A stretch of DNA of 64,000 bases from an uncultured virus (IMG/VR IMGVR_UViG_3300031993_000026) (Duplodnaviria > Heunggongvirae > Uroviricota > Caudoviricetes), in IMG/VR virus record IMGVR_UViG_3300031993_000026, positions 62,001 through 126,000 of that record, one strand, 5' to 3'. Within the stretch, counting starts at the first letter, position 1. The number at the start of each line of letters is the position of its first letter. Of the stretch, positions 57,152-64,000 are shown one piece after another. The notes beneath the pieces are model-generated. The model saw nothing but the letters and a program-made list of their open reading frames with translations. It did no database searches and had not been told where the DNA came from. The translations under genes were made by a program, and so were the position numbers.

Positions 57152-57416
57152 CGAGGACGAATACTTCAAGTATTGCACCGAACACAATGTCGGGAGGATT
57201 ATGGACGGCAATGACGGCTCTCCGTTCACCGATGCGGTGGTTGCGTTCGGGGACACCTGCTGTTATGTGGTAGAGAGGAAGGACGCTCCGAACCTGTGCG
57301 TTGGGGTGAAGCCGAAGTCCTATCCGTGCATTATGGTATGGGAGTGGATTGTCGATGTGAACAGGGGCTTGGACTGCAAGCGTGCATTCATATATGAAGA
57401 TGACTTTGGAATTTGA
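57129..57416 (+). CDS. Small hypothetical protein
   Basis: Operon packing. Confidence 0.55.
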   Translation: MRKVLLNSEDEYFKYCTEHNVGRIMDGNDGSPFTDAVVAFGDTCCYVVERKDAPNLCVGVKPKSYPCIMVWEWIVDVNRGLDCKRAFIYEDDFGI

Positions 57417-57430
57417 CGGGAGGTAGAATT

Positions 57431-57751
57431 ATGGAATTTGTACTCGGTACTGAAAACGGCATATTGCTCTGCTTTGATGCGGACGATATTTTTTCGGCTG
57501 GCGAGAAGGGATTTGTGTTTACAAGAAAGGGAAGCCCGTGCGAAGCGGATTTCTTCAAGGTGTGGTCTATGGAACGCTTCAAGAAGGATGTGCTCCCGAA
57601 GTTGAGCATATCGGATATTGCGGAACGCTTCGAGAAGGATGCAGTCCCGAAGTTGAGGCTTCCAGACGACGGGGGCGGCTTTTGCGCCGTGCTTGGTGAT
57701 GGTGACAAGGACATATTGCTTGGAATTTTAAGACAGAATGATAATGAGTAA
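57431..57751 (+). CDS. Small hypothetical protein
   Basis: Short internal repeat ERFKKDVLPKL / ERFEKDAVPKL. Confidence 0.6.
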   Translation: MEFVLGTENGILLCFDADDIFSAGEKGFVFTRKGSPCEADFFKVWSMERFKKDVLPKLSISDIAERFEKDAVPKLRLPDDGGGFCAVLGDGDKDILLGILRQNDNE

Positions 57752-58181
57752 GGAAAACAACGGATATTCGGAGGGGGAGAAGTATCTCCGCGACTGCATA
57801 GTGCATAACAGGGATGCCGAGCATTGCGTCCGCGTCCCCGATGCCTTTGACGCTGTGCGTATGGAGCGCGAGAGCGTGATAAGGAAGGCTTGCGCTTGGC
57901 TTTTGGAAAACACCAATCTGGACGACAATGACGGGGAGGAGTTCATAAGGGCGGTCGGTGGTTCGGACGAGCCGATTATGAGGTGCTTCATATTCGACTT
58001 GGCGTATGACGACTTCGTTGAGCCAGTCGCCAAACTTGTGATATCCGAGAATGTGTCGGAGGCACGCAGGCTTCTTGACGAGTATATGGCGAAGGACGGC
58101 AACGCCCGTTGGCGCATAGTTTCAATGCCGAAGGAGATTGATATGTCGTCAGCCGAAAGCAAGGGCGTGCTTAATGTTTAA
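57738..58181 (+). CDS. Hypothetical protein
   Basis: Operon packing. Confidence 0.6.
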   Translation: MIMSKENNGYSEGEKYLRDCIVHNRDAEHCVRVPDAFDAVRMERESVIRKACAWLLENTNLDDNDGEEFIRAVGGSDEPIMRCFIFDLAYDDFVEPVAKLVISENVSEARRLLDEYMAKDGNARWRIVSMPKEIDMSSAESKGVLNV

Positions 58182-58201
58182 CTTGTGAAAAAAACAACGA
58201 T

Positions 58202-58966
58202 ATGGAAGATTACGACATAGAGCCAATAGACAAGACGGTGGAATATCTCATAGGGGAGTTCCCAGAGGGTGAAGGTGTGAAGAAGAACGACATTGCCGAA
58301 GCGGTGAAGTCCGTGTTTAATGGTGGTGTCAAGTATTATCAGGAGATAAGGGATGTGCTCTACAATGCCTTGCACAAGGTGTTGCCGTATCCTACGGACG
58401 AGCAGTGGAACGAGAACTTGAGGCGTGGCAGGTCAACTGACGGTAAGAAGGACTATGTTGACCGATACTGGGAATATGCCGACAAAAAGTTCCGCGAGTG
58501 GTCGGAAAGGGTGGAACTCTATTTTCGTACCACTTTTGGAAAGAGGCGCACATACGATGAGGCGTGCAGTCTTGCCGCCGACAAGTGGTGCGGGTTGCTT
58601 TTTGGTAGCCCGTTTCAGGACAACGGGGACAGGAGCGGACACTCGGACGGTATGATGTTTCTCGGCACGCTCTTGAAGTCCGATGCGCAGAAGAACATAA
58701 CCCCAGAGATTATGGAGAATGTGCATAACGGCATAGAGAAGTTCTACCTGCACGGCTGTATGTGGGAGTCCGAAAGCGGAAGCAGGTTTCGCATAGACCT
58801 CTCCTGCGACTACTACCCGAATACGCCCTTTTATGAGATATTATTGAACGCGGGCGTAAAGGAAGATGACATACGGAGCATCTGCCCGTGGAAGACTGGC
58901 ATTGAGATTGACCGCAAGGACAATGCGGTGATGGTAAGGCAATACAGGGAGAGGAACTATTTTTAG
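58202..58966 (+). CDS. Hypothetical protein
   Basis: AADKW..QDNGD..CDY.P..L..AG..PWKT. Confidence 0.7.
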   Translation: MEDYDIEPIDKTVEYLIGEFPEGEGVKKNDIAEAVKSVFNGGVKYYQEIRDVLYNALHKVLPYPTDEQWNENLRRGRSTDGKKDYVDRYWEYADKKFREWSERVELYFRTTFGKRRTYDEACSLAADKWCGLLFGSPFQDNGDRSGHSDGMMFLGTLLKSDAQKNITPEIMENVHNGIEKFYLHGCMWESESGSRFRIDLSCDYYPNTPFYEILLNAGVKEDDIRSICPWKTGIEIDRKDNAVMVRQYRERNYF

Positions 58967-58973
58967 GACTGCT

Positions 58974-59351
58974 ATGGAGGAGAAGGAAAGGCTGACGAGG
59001 GAGCAGGTGCGCCAGTTGTGCGAACTTGCATACTGGGAGAAGTGGCTTGAACTGACGGGGCATAAGGTAGGCGATGAGGTGAAGTGCGCGTTCAGGCACG
59101 ATATGGGCGATATGCTCCATTCATACACGACGGTTACTATCGGCAAGGGTGTCATAGTCAGGCGGGACGAGGGCTTGTTCGTGGAGAGCGTGCAGAAGTA
59201 CCGCAAGAGCCACGAGGTAAGGGTGAACCCGAAGAGCAAGGTCGATTACAGCGTACAGTGGAAGTACAGGTACGAGCACATACTTGCGCGGATTGACGAG
59301 ATAGAGGACGAGTATGCGGAGGAAAGGAACGACAGGATAGTGGAGAAATAA
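58974..59351 (+). CDS. Hypothetical protein
   Basis: Operon packing. Confidence 0.65.
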   Translation: MEEKERLTREQVRQLCELAYWEKWLELTGHKVGDEVKCAFRHDMGDMLHSYTTVTIGKGVIVRRDEGLFVESVQKYRKSHEVRVNPKSKVDYSVQWKYRYEHILARIDEIEDEYAEERNDRIVEK

Positions 59352-59375
59352 ACAATAAACAAAAAAAAATAAAAG

Positions 59376-60275
59376 ATGTACATTCAGTATTCGGAACAGA
59401 TAAGCAATGACGCGAAGACGGTCAAGGAGAAGTTGTCCGAAGCGGACTTGGCACTTGTGATAAAGGACATAACCAAGCGTGTTGTGTTCGGGTGCGTGTG
59501 CCTTGTTTCGGAAAGGGAACTCGACGGTGTTGCGGGCGACAGCCTGTGGCGCAATTCGGCAAGGGAACTCATCTCGTACGACAACATAGGCGACTATCTG
59601 GGCTACTTTGCGAAGGGCAAAATCCGTATGCTTCCGTACCTCCGCCCTATGGAGAGTATGACGGAGGACGAGAGGGCGGAAATCCGCGTACTCATTCAGG
59701 AGAACTACAAGGAGCCGTACGGGGAAGTGAAGATGTCGGGGGCGGACAATTTGTTGCTTTCGGTTTCGCTTTCGACGGAGGTCGTTTCCGACTACCTCGA
59801 CTCACGGCAGTTCGACTGGCGCGGGCTTATACCGAAGGGGCTTGCGGTTAAAATGGACGATGAGGTCTATGACAACTACAAGAGGCTATTCAAGGCATCG
59901 TACGCAGTCGGCTCGGAGTTCCTGAAGAACGGTGGTAAGGAAACGGAAGCCGACAGCAAATACACGGACACCGTGCTTCTTTTCGGGGGAATCAATCCCG
60001 ATGGCAAGCCCGACTACGAGTGGGGCTGTGTGCGAGGCTGGAGGGAGGCTGGCGCAATCTGCGTGACCATTCCCGCTTGCATTGCGGAATATGCGTTCGC
60101 GAACAGGGAACGGAAGGATTTTGCGAAATTCGTTGCCGACCTGAAGGAGCATATTGATTGTGCGTACAAGTCGTTCCCTTTGGACTTGCAGACAGTACAC
60201 GACATAGATGCGAGCGTAAATGCGTATTGCAAGGTGTTCAAGGACACGGACAAGTATTTGATTGTTAAGAAATAA
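59376..60275 (+). CDS. Phage protein with PYLRPMESMT...FDWRGLIPKGLA module
   Basis: Paralogous module to 53203-53643. Confidence 0.7.
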   Translation: MYIQYSEQISNDAKTVKEKLSEADLALVIKDITKRVVFGCVCLVSERELDGVAGDSLWRNSARELISYDNIGDYLGYFAKGKIRMLPYLRPMESMTEDERAEIRVLIQENYKEPYGEVKMSGADNLLLSVSLSTEVVSDYLDSRQFDWRGLIPKGLAVKMDDEVYDNYKRLFKASYAVGSEFLKNGGKETEADSKYTDTVLLFGGINPDGKPDYEWGCVRGWREAGAICVTIPACIAEYAFANRERKDFAKFVADLKEHIDCAYKSFPLDLQTVHDIDASVNAYCKVFKDTDKYLIVKK

Positions 60276-60290
60276 AAATTTATAAGATAT

Positions 60291-61700
60291 ATGAGCGATA
60301 CATTTAGCAAATCAAGTGAGATGAGTGCGGAATATTGCTGCACTATTGTAAAGATAGGGGCGTTGAAGCCGATAGAGGGTTCGGATTTCCTCGCAACTAC
60401 GGAGATAAACGGGCGCACGATAGTAGTGCGCAAAGACCAAGTGAACGAGGGCGATGTTATGTTCTATGCGTCCAACGAGTCCCAGATTGACGCGGAGTTC
60501 CTCCGTGCCAACTCATTGTTCGAGGACAGGACTATGAACGCAGACCAAGAGCACAAGGGCTACTTCAACAAGTACGGGCGTGTCCGTATGGTCAAGTTGC
60601 GCGGAGTGCTTTCGATGGGGTACATATTCTCCCTTGAGGAACTCGAAAGGTACGACCACATCGACATTACCCAGAGTGAACTCGAACACTTTGTCGGGGT
60701 GGACTTCGACGAGGTGAACGGCAAGTTGTTCATCAAGGCTTTCGTACCGCCTATGGCGTGCAACGGACACGGGAGCAGGGGTGCTGGCGGAAAGCCGATT
60801 AAGAGGGTGAACAGGCTTATTGCTGGCGAGTTGAGGTTTCATTATGACACGAACCAGTTGGAGCGCAACCCAGAGAAGTTGCAACCGTTCGATAGTGTGG
60901 CTATTTCGGTAAAAATGCACGGAACTTCGGGAATCTTTGCTAACATACCAGTCAAAGTTCCGTTGTTCGGAGGGTGGTATGCACGCAAGTTCAACCGACT
61001 CCCGAAGTGGCTTCGCTTTATGAAGAAGGGCTATGACACGATATATTCTTCGAGGAAGATTATCCAGAACCCGTTTGTTGACTATGACACCGAGTTCAAG
61101 GTCAAGTCGGAGTATGACGAGTGGTACTCGATACTCAACGGGTGCATACCCCGCAACATTACAATCTACGGCGAGATAGTCGGCTACAAGCCGAGCGGGA
61201 AGGCTATACAGAAGAACTTCGACTACGGTTGCAGGCAGGGAGAATCTGCCCTTATGATATACAGGGTGAAGTACCGCGACAAGCATACATCGCGCGAGTT
61301 CAGCGTGAACGAGGTCGTTGACTTTACCCTTGACCTCCGCGACAGGCTCGAAGCGACGAAGAGTGCGGAGGTCGCATCAAGGCTCATTGCCTTGCCAGTG
61401 CTTTTCCACGGCTCGCTCGCGGACTTCTATCCCGACATACCGAAGGACGGGAACTGGGGGGCGAATGTCCTCGAAAGGCTCAAGACGGAAAAGAAGTTCG
61501 GTATGGAGCAGAACGAGCCTCTGTGCAGGAACAAAGTTCCGCGCGAGGGCATAGTCGTCCGCATAGACGGGGACTGCATTGCCGAAGCCTTCAAGTTGAA
61601 ATGCCTGAAGTTCTTGGGCAAGGAGGCGGAGATGATTGACAAGGGTGAGATAGATGATGACGAGATGCTCTCCCGCTACGGCGATGGCGGTGAAATCTGA
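60291..61700 (+). CDS. RNA ligase (DRB0094/Rnl5-like, N-terminal OB fold)
   Basis: PIEGSDFL..VKLRGVLSMG; motif I KMHGTS, IYGEIVG, REGIVVR, AFKLK. Confidence 0.8.
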   Translation: MSDTFSKSSEMSAEYCCTIVKIGALKPIEGSDFLATTEINGRTIVVRKDQVNEGDVMFYASNESQIDAEFLRANSLFEDRTMNADQEHKGYFNKYGRVRMVKLRGVLSMGYIFSLEELERYDHIDITQSELEHFVGVDFDEVNGKLFIKAFVPPMACNGHGSRGAGGKPIKRVNRLIAGELRFHYDTNQLERNPEKLQPFDSVAISVKMHGTSGIFANIPVKVPLFGGWYARKFNRLPKWLRFMKKGYDTIYSSRKIIQNPFVDYDTEFKVKSEYDEWYSILNGCIPRNITIYGEIVGYKPSGKAIQKNFDYGCRQGESALMIYRVKYRDKHTSREFSVNEVVDFTLDLRDRLEATKSAEVASRLIALPVLFHGSLADFYPDIPKDGNWGANVLERLKTEKKFGMEQNEPLCRNKVPREGIVVRIDGDCIAEAFKLKCLKFLGKEAEMIDKGEIDDDEMLSRYGDGGEI

Positions 61701-61730
61701 CATATCTTTTATTGCTTGTTGTTATTTTTC

Positions 61731-61761
61731 GGCGGGGCTGCCTTCTGGTTGCCCCGCCTTT
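61731..61761 (+). terminator. Terminator hairpin
   Basis: GGCGGGGC...GCCCCGCC-TTT. Confidence 0.7.
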
Positions 61762-61805
61762 CGCTATATATAAATAATTTATAATAGCATATTTCTAACG
61801 GCATT

Positions 61806-62516
61806 ATGAAGGTACTTGTTCTACTTGACAACGGACACGGGATAGACACTGCGGGGAAGAGAAGCCCGAAGTTGCCAGACGGCAGGCAGTTGCTCGAATA
61901 CAAGTGGTGTCGGGAAACCGTAGCCCTTATAGCGAAACGGCTCGAAGCACTCGGCATAGAGTATAGGCTCGTAGCACCAGAGGAAAAGGACACCCCCCTC
62001 TCGACAAGGGTTTCGAGGGCGAACAAGTATTATGCCGATGCGAAGAAGGATGGCAAACTCGTTATGTTCATTTCAGTCCACGTGAACGCGAAGGGAATGG
62101 GGAACTGGGAGAATGCGCGGGGCTGGTCAACTTGGACTTCAAAGGGGGTTACGAAGGGCGATGCCCTTGCCCAGTGCCTCTGCGACGAGGCGAAGGAAAT
62201 ACTCCCGAAGCACAACCTCCGCTTCCGTAGCGACCGCTCGGACGGTGACGATGACTACGAGGCTAACTACTATGTCCTCGTCAATACGAATATGCCAGCC
62301 ACATTGAGCGAGAACTTCTTTATGGACAACAGGGAGGACTGCGAGTTCCTGCTCGACAGGAAGAGCAACGAACTCTGCGCCGACATACACACGGGGGGCA
62401 TAGTCAGGTACATAAGGAAGTGCGGTTACTGGCAGGAGGGGGCGACAGAGGCGAGCGGGAGCACCCTTGTTATGAACACCCTCGAAGGCATATTCCACAA
62501 GTGCAGGCTCGTGTAG
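61806..62516 (+). CDS. N-acetylmuramoyl-L-alanine amidase (Amidase_3), probable endolysin
   Basis: LDNGHG..T.GKRSP, E, ISVHVNA, PATLSENFFMDN; TATAAATA at 61769. Confidence 0.9.
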   Translation: MKVLVLLDNGHGIDTAGKRSPKLPDGRQLLEYKWCRETVALIAKRLEALGIEYRLVAPEEKDTPLSTRVSRANKYYADAKKDGKLVMFISVHVNAKGMGNWENARGWSTWTSKGVTKGDALAQCLCDEAKEILPKHNLRFRSDRSDGDDDYEANYYVLVNTNMPATLSENFFMDNREDCEFLLDRKSNELCADIHTGGIVRYIRKCGYWQEGATEASGSTLVMNTLEGIFHKCRLV

Positions 62517-62528
62517 GGGTTGGCAACA

Positions 62529-64000
62529 GTTCAACGAAATTCTAATAAAACCTATGAATAACTGCTAAAAACTTGACAACGCATATTGCCGTATGGACAA
62601 CGCAAAACATAAAAATATAAATAATATGTGGACGCAAGTGCAGATGTGTCCGAAAGCAATTATAAAGACATTTGGAGGATTCCATCCGCAAAGGCTCTCT
62701 GCACTTTATGCCGAGCGGACAGTCCTCCGCTTTTTATTGGTTGAAGAAATGTTAAGGGCGTTGAAGATACGGCTATATCCCAGCGGGGAACAGCAGACCA
62801 AGATGAACAAGGTCTTGGGTTGCTACCGCTTCGTGTATAATCAGTCTCTTGAACGGAAGATAAATGCTTATAAGGAAGAAGGAAATTCACTGGGCTTGAC
62901 TGACCTTTCCAAGTGGTTTCACGGTGTTTTGATTAAAGACGAGCGATACGACTGGTTGAAACAGCAGAACACGAAGGTTATGAAGCAGGCAATCCGACAG
63001 ATGCTCACGGCATACAACAACTTCTTTAAACTCCACAGGGGCTTCCCGAAGTTCAAGAGCAAGCACGACATAATCTTGTCGGCATTGTTTCCGCTGGAAG
63101 CAATATCATCCCGAAACACATTCGATGACCATAAGATAACATTAACCAAAGATTTAAACGATATTCGTTTCAGGTGTTCCAAGTTATACCATAACCGACT
63201 TAAAATGTTCAAGGACAGCATAAGGAATGCAACCCTGTCGAGAACCAAGACTGGGAGATACTTTTTATCAATCCTTATGGACATTCCAGACGAAGAACTT
63301 ATACGGTTCAAACGGACTGGAAACGCTGTTGGAATAGACTTGGGCGTAAAGGACTTCGTGATTACATCCGATGGCGAGGTGTTCGAGAACAAACATTTTC
63401 TCAAGGGAACCGAACACAGGATAAAAGTGTTGCAGAAGCAGTTGAGCAGGAAGGTCAAGGGTTCTAACAATCGTATGAAGCAAAGGATACGGCTTGCGAC
63501 TGCGTATGAACGGCTGACAAATCAACGCGAAGCCTACATACACTATGTCGTAAACTCGCTGCTGAAGAACTACGACACGGTGTTTATGGAAGACCTTAAT
63601 GTGCGCGGTATGCTCCGCAACCACAAGTTAGCAAAGGCTATTGCCGAAGTCGGTCTGCACAGGTTCAGGCAAGTCCTGACCGACAAGGCGACGCTTAACG
63701 GCAAAAGTGTAGTCTTTGTCGATAGGTTCTATCCTTCATCGAAGACCTGTTCCGTATGCGGTTATGTAAAGAAGGACTTGACGCTCAACGACCGTGAATG
63801 GACTTGTCCCGAATGCGGAACGCACCACGACAGGGACTTGAACGCCTCGGTTAACATCCTGAACGAAGGTAAACGAATTGTAGGTGTCCGTAGCACCGAA
63901 CTTACGCCTGTGGACTGCCCGACTATGGATGACCGTCTGGCGACAGACCTAAAAAGTAGCGGCAGGATGAAGCAGGAAGGAGGGACAGATGAAGAACATA
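62529..64000 (+). mobile_element. tnpB-only element, copy 2 (runs off window end)
   Basis: Left end shared with copy 1; close paralogue throughout. Confidence 0.8.
62749..64000 (+). CDS. tnpB: RNA-guided endonuclease TnpB (stop codon beyond window; alternative in-frame start at 62626)
   Basis: MLRALKIRLYP.., GIDLG, MEDLN, CSVC..CPEC, DRDLNA; missing from ORF track because no stop in window. Confidence 0.9.
   Translation, partial: MLRALKIRLYPSGEQQTKMNKVLGCYRFVYNQSLERKINAYKEEGNSLGLTDLSKWFHGVLIKDERYDWLKQQNTKVMKQAIRQMLTAYNNFFKLHRGFPKFKSKHDIILSALFPLEAISSRNTFDDHKITLTKDLNDIRFRCSKLYHNRLKMFKDSIRNATLSRTKTGRYFLSILMDIPDEELIRFKRTGNAVGIDLGVKDFVITSDGEVFENKHFLKGTEHRIKVLQKQLSRKVKGSNNRMKQRIRLATAYERLTNQREAYIHYVVNSLLKNYDTVFMEDLNVRGMLRNHKLAKAIAEVGLHRFRQVLTDKATLNGKSVVFVDRFYPSSKTCSVCGYVKKDLTLNDREWTCPECGTHHDRDLNASVNILNEGKRIVGVRSTELTPVDCPTMDDRLATDLKSSGRMKQEGGTDEEH

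Noticed and set aside
62590..62748. Cyclic-di-GMP-I riboswitch
   Set aside because: GGACGCAA and CCGAAAG are present but not in the required order or pairing; kept only as an unclassified structured insert.
1..64000. Stop-codon reassignment (TAG to Gln) as in some gut megaphages
   Set aside because: Conserved genes are full length in code 11, and TAG cleanly ends several (gp47-like, gp52-like, amidase).
1..64000. CRISPR array, tRNA genes, reverse transcriptase/DGR
   Set aside because: No regularly spaced repeat-spacer run, cloverleaf with T-loop consensus, or RT motif was seen; repeats found are coding or regulatory.

Overview
Gene-dense segment of a large T4-like (jumbo) dsDNA phage in the standard genetic code, probably infecting Bacteroidales. 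Recognisable core genes: gp47-like Mre11/SbcD nuclease (partial), gp4-like head-completion nuclease, RNase H/5'-3' exonuclease, gp32 ssDNA-binding protein, two type II topoisomerase subunits, RNA ligase, Amidase_3 endolysin, Hsp20, an orphan DNA methyltransferase, a late-expressed glycosyltransferase/ATP-grasp cluster and Ig-like/collagen-like virion proteins. There are also two tnpB-only elements and a probable tnpB remnant. The main unexplained structure is a family of about 20 otherwise unrelated genes, concentrated at 26.3-42.4 kb. They share a short N-terminal leader (MVHIKRLNE / MVKKFSEFIAE / MPVKTFDEY types) resembling the T4 internal-protein capsid-targeting sequence. Several sit behind TATAAATA late promoters and show DNA-level signs of leader/cargo shuffling, empty leaders and internal protease-site-like linkers. 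I interpret this as a modular array of head-packaged, co-injected effectors; that is an inference. Also seen: an 8-copy fixed-spacing promoter-like motif (TCTGAAA-N14-CTATATATTA), several apparently catalytically dead enzymes and apparent strong avoidance of 4-5 bp palindromes. All family assignments come from motifs read by eye; no database searches were run.
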